This document shows, in pieces, positions 1-7,868 of a DNA stretch of 26,977 nucleotides. Source of the DNA: Chthoniobacteraceae bacterium. GTDB taxonomy: Bacteria; Verrucomicrobiota; Verrucomicrobiia; Chthoniobacterales; Chthoniobacteraceae. The position numbers and the translations under genes were made by a program. The stretch is taken from positions 1-26,977 of the forward strand of contig JBEBGD010000076.1 of the NCBI GenBank assembly GCA_040081625.1, read 5' to 3'. The notes under the pieces were generated by a model that was not told the DNA's origin, made no database searches, and worked only from the letters and a program-made list of their open reading frames with translations. Every line of letters begins with the position of its first letter. Within the stretch, counting starts at the first letter, position 1.

Positions 1-1090
1 ACCCAAAGGCGCGGATCGCGGACGCGAAGGCCCGGATGACGGAGAACCGCTGGCGGGAGCGGGCGCCGCTCGGGCGGTAGCGGACGCCTTGTGCCGACGA
101 GGACGCCGGCGCTCCATGTGCCTGCGCCGCGAAGAGCTGCCGGATCACGTCTTCGACGGGCGCGTCTTCGACGCTGATGTCGTGCACGTCGCAGCTCGCG
201 AGGAGGTCGCGTGCGACTTCGGTCACGCGGGCGCGGGGGACGCGCAGCTTCACCATGCTGTCGGTGCGTTCAACGATTTCGCCTGCTGCGGCGAAGTCGC
301 ACTCGGGCGCGGTGGTGAACGTGAGGCCGATGATCTTGTGCGTGGCAAAGCGTGCGACGATGGCGCTGAGCGGGCCGTCGAACATGATGCGGCCGGCGTC
401 GATGACGATCACGCGATGGCAGAGCGCCTCGATGTCATCCATGTAGTGCGAGGTGAGCATCGTGGTGATTCGGCGCTCGGCGTTGTAGCGGCGGAGGAAG
501 TCGCGGACCTTGAGCTGGCTGGTCACGTCGAGGCCGATGGTCGGTTCGTCGAGGAAGAGGACGCGCGGGGAGTGGAGCAGCGCGCTGATCAGCTCGAACT
601 TCATCCGCTCGCCGAGCGAAAGCTCGCGCACCATCACGTCGAGCTTGTCGGCCACGTCGAGCAGCGTGGTGAGTTCGTCCACGATGCGGTGAAAGTCCGC
701 CTCGGCGATGCCGTAGATGGCGCGGTTGAGTTCGAGCGATTCGCGCGCGGGCAGGTCCCACCACAGCGCGTTCTTTTGCCCCATGAGCAGCGAGATCTGG
801 CGCTTCATCGCGTCCTTCCGCTCCCACGGCACGAAGCCGAGCACTCGCGCCTCGCCGCCGGTGGGATTGAGCAGGCCGCTGAGTATCTTGAGCGCGGTCG
901 TCTTGCCCGCGCCGTTCGGGCCGAGGAAGCCGACGAACTCGCCTTCCTCGAGCGAGAAGCTCACGTCCTCGACCGCGCGCGTCTCGGCGTATTCACGCCG
1001 GAAAAGACCGCGCACCGCGCCGGCGAGGCCGGGCTTTTTTTTGTAGGTGCGATAAACCTTGGTGAGCGCGCGCGCTTCGACCGCGGGCAT
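1..1090 (-). CDS. ABC transporter ATP-binding protein (ABC-2/DrrA-like, COG4586-type); 3' end runs off the window
   Basis: Missing from the ORF track because no stop codon lies in the window. Manual translation from ATG 1090 gives MPAVEARALTKVYRTYKKKPGLAGAVRGLF, Walker A GPNGAGKTT, signature LSLGERMK, Walker B LFLDEPTIGLD and H-loop LTSHYMDD. It starts 3 nt after the S10 peptidase stop. Confidence 0.93.
   Translation of the reverse strand, partial: MPAVEARALTKVYRTYKKKPGLAGAVRGLFRREYAETRAVEDVSFSLEEGEFVGFLGPNGAGKTTALKILSGLLNPTGGEARVLGFVPWERKDAMKRQISLLMGQKNALWWDLPARESLELNRAIYGIAEADFHRIVDELTTLLDVADKLDVMVRELSLGERMKFELISALLHSPRVLFLDEPTIGLDVTSQLKVRDFLRRYNAERRITTMLTSHYMDDIEALCHRVIVIDAGRIMFDGPLSAIVARFATHKIIGLTFTTAPECDFAAAGEIVERTDSMVKLRVPRARVTEVARDLLASCDVHDISVEDAPVEDVIRQLFAAQAHGAPASSSAQGVRYRPSGARSRQRFSVIRAFASAIRAFG
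57..115. repeat. REP-like short palindromes inside the 3' extension of the ABC ATPase frame
   Basis: The minus strand at 115..93 reads GGAGC-GCCGGCG-TCCT-CGTCGGC (GGAG-headed imperfect palindrome). A second hairpin, GAGCGG-gcg-CCGCTC, lies at 57-71. Confidence 0.4.
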
Positions 1091-1093
1091 GGG

Positions 1094-2623
1094 CTATGGC
1101 TGGCCGATGAACTTCACGATGTCGCGGCGCAGCTTCTCCGCGTCGGGTTGATAGAGATACATCATGTGGCCGCTCTCGTAGTATTCGACGGCGATGTTTT
1201 TGCGCAGGCTGTCGGGGATGGGCAGGTGCGCGATCGAAAATAGCGCGCTGTCGGGCGGGACGGCGAGGTCGCGCCAGGCGCAGCAAAAGAGCACGCGCAG
1301 GCGCGTGTTGCCCTTCATCGCGTCGCCGAGGTCGTCCTCGAGGTTCACGTATTCGCCGGCGAATTCGTTCCAGCTCCAGTTCACGCCGCCCGAGATCTTG
1401 TAGGGCAGGTCGAGTTCGTAGCCGAGGTCGCCGCGGATGCTCGCGTTCGCGGCGGCGGCGAAGGGGCCATAGACGTTCGTGTAGCTCGGGTCGAACTCGG
1501 GGCCGGGCTTCAATCGGTCGTAGTCCTCGGCGGTCACGCGGGCGTCGAAGCGGCCGATGATCTTCCCTTCCTTGCGCAGGAGGTTTTCAAAGAAGAGCGA
1601 AGGGGAGATGCGCAGGCGGGCGCGGTCGATGAGTTCGCGATCGAGGCCGGTGAAGCGGGCGAGTTGATCGATGGCCTTCGAGCGATCGGCGGCGGGGAGC
1701 GTGTCGCCCACGAGCAGCGCGCGCGCGTAGTCGCCCTGCGCGAAGTCGCGCGCGGCGGCGATGGCTTTTTCCCGGTCGGCCTGGAGATCGGGGGCGAGCT
1801 TCTTGTGGTAGTGCGCGGTGGCGGTGAAGGCGGGGAGGAAGACGGTGTAGCTGACGAAATCGCCGCGGAGGGTCTCGAAGTTCACGACGCCGCTGACGGA
1901 GATGAAGCCGTCGAGATAAAGGCCGTGCTTGGATTGCAGGAAGCTGGCGAGGCCGGAGCCGCGGATGCCGCCATAGCTTTCGCCGCACAGATATTTGGGC
2001 GAGGCCCAGCGCTGTTCGCGCGTGGTGAAGAGCCGGATGAATTCGCCGACGCTCTCGATGTCCTGCTTCACGCTCCAGAACTGCTCGCCCTTCTCGCCCT
2101 TGCTCGGCCGGCTCGCGCCGGTGCCGACGGGGTCGATGAAGACGAGGTCGGTGACGTCGAGGATGGAGTTCGGGTTCGGCACGACTGCGCCGCGCGGCGT
2201 CGGCTGGAGACCGTCGGGGCTGAGTTCGACTTTCTTCGGTCCGAGTCCCCCGAAATGCAGCCACACCGAGGCGGCGCCGGGGCCACCATTGAAGCAGTAG
2301 GTGATCGGGCGCTTCGCGGCGGCGTTCGTGGCGAGGGGCTGGCCGTCTTCGCCGAGCGCGGCGTAATAGACGTAGAAGACGCGTGCGCGTTCGCCAGAGC
2401 CGTCTTCCTTGAGCAGCGGGAGCGTGCCGGTGCGGGCGAGATACTTCACCTCGAAGCCGCCGATGGTCGCGGAGCCTTTGGAGTCCTTCGGCTTTTCCTC
2501 GGCCGGTTTGTCGTCGGGCTTTTGCTCGGCGGGTTTGGCGTCCTTTGCGGGGTCGGCGGGTTTCTCCTGCGCGACGCAGAAGGAGATGAAGATGGAGAAG
2601 GAGAAGGAGAGAAAGAGGCGCAT
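1094..2623 (-). CDS. Secreted serine carboxypeptidase, peptidase family S10
   Basis: Signal peptide, then a K/P/D/E-rich linker, FNGGPGAAS, FIDPVGTGAS, nucleophile motif GESYGG, Asp in WRDLAVP and His in SGHMMY; 509 aa. Confidence 0.93.
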   Translation of the reverse strand: MRLFLSFSFSIFISFCVAQEKPADPAKDAKPAEQKPDDKPAEEKPKDSKGSATIGGFEVKYLARTGTLPLLKEDGSGERARVFYVYYAALGEDGQPLATNAAAKRPITYCFNGGPGAASVWLHFGGLGPKKVELSPDGLQPTPRGAVVPNPNSILDVTDLVFIDPVGTGASRPSKGEKGEQFWSVKQDIESVGEFIRLFTTREQRWASPKYLCGESYGGIRGSGLASFLQSKHGLYLDGFISVSGVVNFETLRGDFVSYTVFLPAFTATAHYHKKLAPDLQADREKAIAAARDFAQGDYARALLVGDTLPAADRSKAIDQLARFTGLDRELIDRARLRISPSLFFENLLRKEGKIIGRFDARVTAEDYDRLKPGPEFDPSYTNVYGPFAAAANASIRGDLGYELDLPYKISGGVNWSWNEFAGEYVNLEDDLGDAMKGNTRLRVLFCCAWRDLAVPPDSALFSIAHLPIPDSLRKNIAVEYYESGHMMYLYQPDAEKLRRDIVKFIGQP

Positions 2624-2627
2624 GCGC

Positions 2628-3575
2628 TTAGGCGAGGCAGGCCTCGATCCGGGCGCGCAGTTTGGCTTCGTCGATGTCCTTGCCGATGAAGACGAGCTGG
2701 CTGGTGCGCGTCTCCTCCTTTTCCCACAGACGATCCCACATGAGCGTGAAGCGGTTGTTCACGCCGTGGAAGATGGCGCGGCGCGGGTTGCCCTGGAGCC
2801 AGAGGAAGCCTTTGCAGCGATAGACCTTCTCCTTGTCGCCGAGCTCGGCGATGAGCGGCTCGAACTTCTCGATGATGACCGGCCGGTCGAAGGTGTAGCT
2901 GAAGGAGATGATGTCGTGGTGGTGCCGGTTCTTGAGCTCGTCGAGGAAGTCGGGATCGACCTCGAGCCGGCGGTCGAGATCGAAGACATGCACGTCGAGC
3001 AGCGCCTTGAGCGCGACCTGCGAGTGGTCGGTGCGGAATTGCTGCGCGTGCGGATTGAGCTCGCGGCACTTCGCGGCGACCTGCTCGAGCTTGTCGGGCG
3101 CGACGAGGTCGGTCTTGTTCAGCAGGAGGTAATCGGCCATCGCGATCTGGTCGCGCGCGGTCTCGGTCTCGGCCATCTGCTTCTCGATCTGCTCGGCATC
3201 GACGACGGTGATGATCGAATCGAGCCGGACGTATTGCTGGAGCTGCGGGATGTTCAGGAACGTCTGCGCGATCGGGCCGGGCTCGGCGACGCCGGTGGTC
3301 TCGATGAGCAGGTAGTCGAAGCCGCCTTTCTTGATGAGGTTTTGCACGCCCTTGATGAGGTCGGTGCGCACGGTGCAGCACATGCAGCCGTTGCTCAGCT
3401 CGAGGACTTCGTCCTTCTGCGTCTCGACCAGCGCGCCATCGATGCCGATCTTGCCGATCTCGTTGATGATGACGGCGAACTTGTAGCCGTGATCCTGCTG
3501 GAGGATGTAGTTGAGCAGCGTGGTCTTCCCGGCGCCGAGGAAGCCGGTGAGGATGGTGACGGGGACGGGTTTCAT
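2628..3575 (-). CDS. COG0523 / CobW-family G3E GTPase (putative zinc metallochaperone)
   Basis: Start moved to ATG 3575 (MKPVPVTILTGFLGAGKTT). Motifs INEIG, metal motif GCMCC, IETTGVAEP, LNKTDL, His patch RHHHD and a CobW_C-like YRCKG..FHGV..LVFIG; 315 aa. Confidence 0.93.
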   Translation of the reverse strand: MKPVPVTILTGFLGAGKTTLLNYILQQDHGYKFAVIINEIGKIGIDGALVETQKDEVLELSNGCMCCTVRTDLIKGVQNLIKKGGFDYLLIETTGVAEPGPIAQTFLNIPQLQQYVRLDSIITVVDAEQIEKQMAETETARDQIAMADYLLLNKTDLVAPDKLEQVAAKCRELNPHAQQFRTDHSQVALKALLDVHVFDLDRRLEVDPDFLDELKNRHHHDIISFSYTFDRPVIIEKFEPLIAELGDKEKVYRCKGFLWLQGNPRRAIFHGVNNRFTLMWDRLWEKEETRTSQLVFIGKDIDEAKLRARIEACLA

Positions 3576-3576
3576 G

Positions 3577-3676
3577 GAAGTGACAGGTGCAGGAGCGGGT
3601 GGAATGGCCGCGTGTGCGAGGACGCGGCGCGAAAGCGGAGTGCGCCATGCCACTGGTCCCCCGCACTTGCCACTTC
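3577..3676 (-). promoter_or_regulatory. Long imperfect inverted repeat spanning the whole region between the terminator and the COG0523 start
   Basis: Minus-strand GAAGTGGCAAGTGCGGGGG (3676..3658) pairs with CTCCTGCACCTGTCACTTC (3595..3577): 15 Watson-Crick pairs, 3 G-U and 1 mismatch. Inner pairing GTGGCATGGC/GCCATTCCAC. Confidence 0.45.
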
Positions 3677-3711
3677 AAAAAAGAAGCGGCCCGGGATTGC
3701 TCCCGGGCCGC
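3677..3711 (-). terminator. Rho-independent terminator of the rpmB / small-protein transcript
   Basis: Minus strand GCGGCCCGGGA-GCAA-TCCCGGGCCGC (perfect 11-bp stem, GNRA loop) followed by TTCTTTTTT, about 30 nt after the stop at 3741. Confidence 0.9.
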
Positions 3712-3740
3712 GGAAATTTACGACGCTGAAATCCGCGTGC

Positions 3741-3953
3741 CTACTCGGGCGGGCGGATCTTCTTGAGCAGCGGCAGGCCGGTCTTCGTGTTCTCGGAGAC
3801 TTCGTAGCCTGCCGGCAGTGCTTCCATGGTCCCCTCCTGCGGTGCGCCCGCGAAGAAGTAGAGCATGACTTGCTGGCCGCCCTTGAGCTTTTGATTGCGC
3901 GAATGCAGGAAGTAGGTCTTCCCGGATTTCTTGCTGATAACGCTGTATGGCAT
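3741..3953 (-). CDS. Small basic hypothetical protein (70 aa)
   Basis: ATG 3953 lies 8 nt after the rpmB stop: MPYSVISKKSGKTYFLHSRNQKLKGGQQVMLYFFAG...LPAGYEVSENTKTGLPLLKK. It is followed by a strong terminator. The track's 4103 start overlaps rpmB and is unlikely. Confidence 0.8.
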   Translation of the reverse strand: MPYSVISKKSGKTYFLHSRNQKLKGGQQVMLYFFAGAPQEGTMEALPAGYEVSENTKTGLPLLKKIRPPE

Positions 3954-3961
3954 GACTGGAT

Positions 3962-4276
3962 TTAGGTTGTGGGTTTCTGGGGACTGGCAGCGCGCTTTTT
4001 GGGGCGGACTGGTTCGATGAGCCCCGCCTTGAGCAGCGTCACATACGCGCCATTCTTGGCGATGGTCTTTAACGCCCGCGATGAAAGCTTGATTTTCACC
4101 CACCGGTCAAGCTCCGGGACAAAAATCCGCTTCTTGTGCAGGTTCGGGTAAAACCAGCGCTTCGTGATCGCGGTGACGTGCATACCGATGCCGCCTTTCT
4201 TTTTCGCGAGACCGCGACGATGAATGCGACTGCCCCGCAGGGGGCGTTTTCCGGTGATTTGGCAGATTCGGCTCAT
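3962..4276 (-). CDS. rpmB: 50S ribosomal protein L28 (bL28)
   Basis: MSRICQITGKRP...GLAKKKGGIG...TKRWFYPNLHKKRIFVPELDRWVKIKLSSRALKTI: L28 signature with the PVC-type insert and a short basic C-terminal tail. Confidence 0.97.
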   Translation of the reverse strand: MSRICQITGKRPLRGSRIHRRGLAKKKGGIGMHVTAITKRWFYPNLHKKRIFVPELDRWVKIKLSSRALKTIAKNGAYVTLLKAGLIEPVRPKKRAASPQKPTT

Positions 4277-4303
4277 GGCAAAGGCTTGGTGAAAAGGGGC
4301 GCG

Positions 4304-4332
4304 ACAGTGGCGGGCGCACTTCTGGTGGTCAA
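4304..4332 (-). promoter_or_regulatory. Putative sigma70 promoter for rpmB
   Basis: TTGACC (4332..4327), a 17-nt spacer, then CACTGT (4309..4304). The -35 box overlaps the TGA stop of the upstream epimerase. Confidence 0.4.
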
Positions 4333-5090
4333 GGGGTTTTTCCCCCGGTCAGCACCTCGATGCCCTGCGGCCACTGCTCGCGCGGCTCGAAGCCGATCAG
4401 CCGCTTCGCGCTCGCGAGGTCGAAGCGCGGCTGCTTGAGCGGCCGGCTTGCGCCGAAAACGATCGCCCACCGCAGCGAATCCGGCGCCTCGACCGCGCAC
4501 GCAAAGAAGCGCCCGGCATCGCCGGGGCTCAGATACACGTCCCGGAATCGCTCGGAAGCGGCGATCTCCGCGACCTGCCCGGGCGTGCGCGGGCACCAGC
4601 CGAGCCGGGCCGCGATCACGCTCATGCCGTGCTGCTGCGAAAAGCTGAACCCGATCGACTCCATGAACATCTTCGTCGCCGCATACCAATACCGCGGCGT
4701 GACCGGGTCGCTCGCGCGCACCGGCCACGGGCCCTCGCGCTGCTGCGTGTCGTTCACCTGCCCGCTGCTCGCGAGGATGACCCGCGCCACGCCCGCCGCG
4801 CGCGCGGCCTCGAGCACGAGGTGAAGGCCGAGGATGTTGTTCGGGACCAGGTCGCCGGCGAAATCCTCCGTGTCGTCCGGCGTCGCCGCGAGATGGATCA
4901 GCGTCGTCGCGCCCGCGAGCGCGTGCCGCACCGCGGTCGCGTCGAGGATGCTGCCGACCTGCGTCTCCGCGCCCCCGGCCACGCGATCGAAGCCGCGCAC
5001 ATCGTGCCCTCGCGCGAGCAACTCCTGCACAGCCGTGCGACCGATGCGACCAGCCGAGCCGGTGATGACGACGAGTCCCTTTCGATTCAT
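4329..5090 (-). CDS. NAD-dependent epimerase/dehydratase (extended SDR, uronate dehydrogenase-like)
   Basis: Start moved to ATG 5090 (MNRKGLVVITGSAGRIG, Rossmann GxxGxxG). Motifs IHLAA, ILASSG, YAATK (YxxxK) and ARLGWCP; 253 aa. Confidence 0.88.
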   Translation of the reverse strand: MNRKGLVVITGSAGRIGRTAVQELLARGHDVRGFDRVAGGAETQVGSILDATAVRHALAGATTLIHLAATPDDTEDFAGDLVPNNILGLHLVLEAARAAGVARVILASSGQVNDTQQREGPWPVRASDPVTPRYWYAATKMFMESIGFSFSQQHGMSVIAARLGWCPRTPGQVAEIAASERFRDVYLSPGDAGRFFACAVEAPDSLRWAIVFGASRPLKQPRFDLASAKRLIGFEPREQWPQGIEVLTGGKTP

Positions 5091-5172
5091 CCGCGCATCG
5101 TGTGGAAATGACGCCGCGTGGCGACGAAATTTTTTCTTCACACGCGAACGGCTCATTTCATAAATTCCCGCC

Positions 5173-5667
5173 ATGCGTTTCACCCTCCTCCTCCTCTCCG
5201 CATTCCTCGTCCCCGCGCTGCGCGCGCAAGTCAGCCCCGTCAGCGTCCGCGTCGAGCAGGTCGCCGGGCACAGCGCCAGCAAGGGCGCGCACGAGCAGAA
5301 GCGCTCGCTGAAGGTATTCACCACCAATAACTCCGCGACCGACTTCAGCGGCTTGAAGGTCAAATACTTCTACTTTGGCAAGGACGTGAAGACCGGTGAC
5401 GTGAGCGTCATCGAGAAGGGCGAGCGCGGGGCCGACGTGAAGGCGCGCACCACGGACATGACCGAGACGCCCGCCGTGACCACGAAATATACCGACGACC
5501 GCTCCGAGAAGTCCGGTGGCAAGGGCGGAAACAACAAGGGCGGTTCCTACAAGAAAGTCGAAGGCACCGGGAACAAGATCATCGGCCACGGCGTGCAGGT
5601 CTTCGCCGGGGACAAACTGCTCGCCGAGTTCTTCAGCGAGCCGAGCCTCAAGGCGAAGGCGCGCTGA
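5173..5667 (+). CDS. Secreted Lys-rich hypothetical protein
   Basis: Signal peptide MRFTLLLLSAFLVPALRA, beta-strand-like mature part and strong GC3 codon bias; 164 aa. Confidence 0.85.
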   Translation: MRFTLLLLSAFLVPALRAQVSPVSVRVEQVAGHSASKGAHEQKRSLKVFTTNNSATDFSGLKVKYFYFGKDVKTGDVSVIEKGERGADVKARTTDMTETPAVTTKYTDDRSEKSGGKGGNNKGGSYKKVEGTGNKIIGHGVQVFAGDKLLAEFFSEPSLKAKAR

Positions 5668-7227
5668 CTACTCCCGCACGTCTTCGACGTAGCGCACGAT
5701 GCGGAAGCTCACCGGCGGGCCGATGCCGCGCAGCGCTTCGTCGAAGTGAACGCCGCCGCCGCCGCCACCCGCCGTCGAGAAAGCGCGCGCGGCGATCGCC
5801 CCGCACCAGTGGGTATTGCCGTCGAGTTGCGCTTCAAACGTCGGGCCGTAAAACGCAGCGTAGATCGTTGAGGGAGCGTCGGTGCGCAGCGTCTGCAGCG
5901 CGGGGCTCGAGTCTTCGCCGTAGATTTGCAGCCGCGCCGGGCGCTTGCAGCTTCCCGCGCCGGCATTGATCGAGTTGCCGTGGAAGTGAATGTTCCCGCG
6001 CACGTAGATCTGCGCCGTCACGTTGTCCGGGATCGCGATCGTCCCCGCCACGACATTGAGGTCGCCGTTGATCATGATGACGACGACTCCTTCGGTCCCC
6101 AGCGGCGCGGGATCGACCGAGAACGCGCCGAGATTTCCCGCGACGAGATAGTGCGTCGGCGCCAACTCCGGGCCGGGGAGAAAGGGCAGGCCGAGCAGCG
6201 GCGGCGGCAGGACCAGCCCGGGCGTCGGTCGCACGAGCGGCTTCATCTCGCGGCAGAAATCGCTCCGCACACGCGCCGTATCGAGCGCGATCGCACCAGT
6301 TACGTTTTCCTGCGCGGGCGTGCCGGGATCGTCGCCGCCATTGGTCGCCACATCGCCGCGCACCCGCGCCCCATTCGCCGCGATGAGTTCACCGTAGATC
6401 CCTCCCGCGGGGCGGCCCGCGTTGTTCCCGATGCTGCCATTCTCCTGCGTCTTCACATTCAGCCAGCCGGGGTAAGTGCCGTCGGCGTTCGACTTCGCCA
6501 CGTCGCTCGAATCGTAGCTGTCCACGCCCCACGAACCGGTCGAGCCGAGGCTCAGCGTCCGGTCCGTCCACACCGCCAGCTCGAACGGCTCGATCGGCTC
6601 CACCAGCGCCTCGACGATGCGCGAGATATTCGGCAGCGGCACCGCGCATGGCGTGCCCACATCGTCCTGCTGCAACTGCGGCCGCACGCTGCGCAGGCTG
6701 AATCGGCGGAACAACGAGTCGAGCGCTTCCGGCGCCTGGTAGGCCGCGGGCGGCAGCGCGCACGTGGCCATCGAGCGGATGCGAAACCACCGGCTGCGCG
6801 GATCGCCCGTCGGGCGCACGCCCCAGAGCTGCACGTCCACTTCGGTCGTGATGCTGCTCGTCGCCGGAAGCCGGACATTATCGAGCACGATCGGGTTCGA
6901 GGTTTCGACGGTGACGCCGAGCGACGTCAGCACGCTGGCCACTGCGCGGACGGTCGTATCGAGCACCGCGCCCGTCGCGGCGGCACCGGTGCGGTCCTTC
7001 CATCCAGTCCACGTGCCCGCCGGCTGCCCGGTCGCATTGCGCAGGATGTCCGCCATCGCGGCATCGATGCCACCCTCGGCCGCGATGCGCGCCTCCTGCC
7101 ACGCAGCGTTCTGGTGAGCGATGCGAAAGCGCGGCGCGATCTTCGCGAGCGTGAACGCCGCGAGCATCGCCAGCGCGGAGAGCGTCAGGAGCGTGATGAA
7201 AAGTGTGCTGCCTCGAGGGTGTTTCAT
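5668..7227 (-). CDS. PilX/GspK-like minor pilin with a large C-terminal Gly/Asn-rich, beta-solenoid-like domain
   Basis: Start ATG 7227 overlaps the upstream TGA. Class III signal MKHPRG|STLFITLLTL without Glu5, followed by AWQEARIAAEGGID typical of PilX N-termini. C-terminus has VDSYDS...IYVRGNI...LQIYG...FYGP...GVHFDEAL; 519 aa. Confidence 0.8.
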   Translation of the reverse strand: MKHPRGSTLFITLLTLSALAMLAAFTLAKIAPRFRIAHQNAAWQEARIAAEGGIDAAMADILRNATGQPAGTWTGWKDRTGAAATGAVLDTTVRAVASVLTSLGVTVETSNPIVLDNVRLPATSSITTEVDVQLWGVRPTGDPRSRWFRIRSMATCALPPAAYQAPEALDSLFRRFSLRSVRPQLQQDDVGTPCAVPLPNISRIVEALVEPIEPFELAVWTDRTLSLGSTGSWGVDSYDSSDVAKSNADGTYPGWLNVKTQENGSIGNNAGRPAGGIYGELIAANGARVRGDVATNGGDDPGTPAQENVTGAIALDTARVRSDFCREMKPLVRPTPGLVLPPPLLGLPFLPGPELAPTHYLVAGNLGAFSVDPAPLGTEGVVVIMINGDLNVVAGTIAIPDNVTAQIYVRGNIHFHGNSINAGAGSCKRPARLQIYGEDSSPALQTLRTDAPSTIYAAFYGPTFEAQLDGNTHWCGAIAARAFSTAGGGGGGVHFDEALRGIGPPVSFRIVRYVEDVRE

Positions 7228-7868
7228 CAGTCGGTTCGGATATTGCGAAGCATCACCCGATCGTAGGTCGAGATCACCGGCTTCACCCCGCGCGCCTGCG
7301 AGCGGAACCACGCCTCGACGACGCACGATCTCCCATCCGCCGCCATGGTGACCTTCAGAAAAAGCTCCGCCGCATCGCGCACGACGATCGCACTGTGATC
7401 GGCCTCCTTGCGCACGAAACAGACGCAATTCGCCGCGGCCACAAACTCCTTGCTGAACTGCACCGGCACCTCCGGCTTCACGCCGCCCACGTCGCCGTAG
7501 CTCAGCCGCTCGCCCGTCGTCACCGCCACCAGCGGCTTGTCGTAGGTCGGGTCCGTCGGCACGTTGCTCTGGTAGTAAGCCGGCAGCGCAAACACCAGCG
7601 CGGTGCCATCGCCGACGGCGACCAGCCCCGAGGTGAATGGCGACGACACGCCGCCGCTGTCGATGATCGAGAGCCCGATGGCGCGGCGCAGATCGCGCGA
7701 GACCACATCGATTACCCGCCGCTGATCCGCGTAGCTGGTGGCAAAGGTTTCATTGTCGTGCAGCGTGCGCTGCAGCCCGACCGCCCCGAGGAGCAGCCCC
7801 GCGATGAGGATCACGCTCGCCGCGAGCGAGACGATCATTTCCGTGAGGGTGAAGCCGGCGCGCTTCAT
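7227..7868 (-). CDS. Prepilin-type N-terminal cleavage/methylation protein (PilW/GspJ-like)
   Basis: MKRAG|FTLTEMIVSLAASVILIAGL, then DVVSRDLRRA and terminal VMLRN. ATGA overlap with the upstream gene; 213 aa. Confidence 0.87.
   Translation of the reverse strand: MKRAGFTLTEMIVSLAASVILIAGLLLGAVGLQRTLHDNETFATSYADQRRVIDVVSRDLRRAIGLSIIDSGGVSSPFTSGLVAVGDGTALVFALPAYYQSNVPTDPTYDKPLVAVTTGERLSYGDVGGVKPEVPVQFSKEFVAAANCVCFVRKEADHSAIVVRDAAELFLKVTMAADGRSCVVEAWFRSQARGVKPVISTYDRVMLRNIRTD

Noticed and set aside
89..3965. Long plus-strand ORFs 89..1243, 1664..2689 and 2409..3965
   Set aside because: They are antisense shadows of the motif-supported ABC, S10 and COG0523 genes, as expected in high-GC DNA, and carry no motifs of their own.
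5091..5363. N-terminal extension of the epimerase ORF
   Set aside because: It overlaps the divergent secreted gene; the Rossmann motif begins right after ATG 5090.
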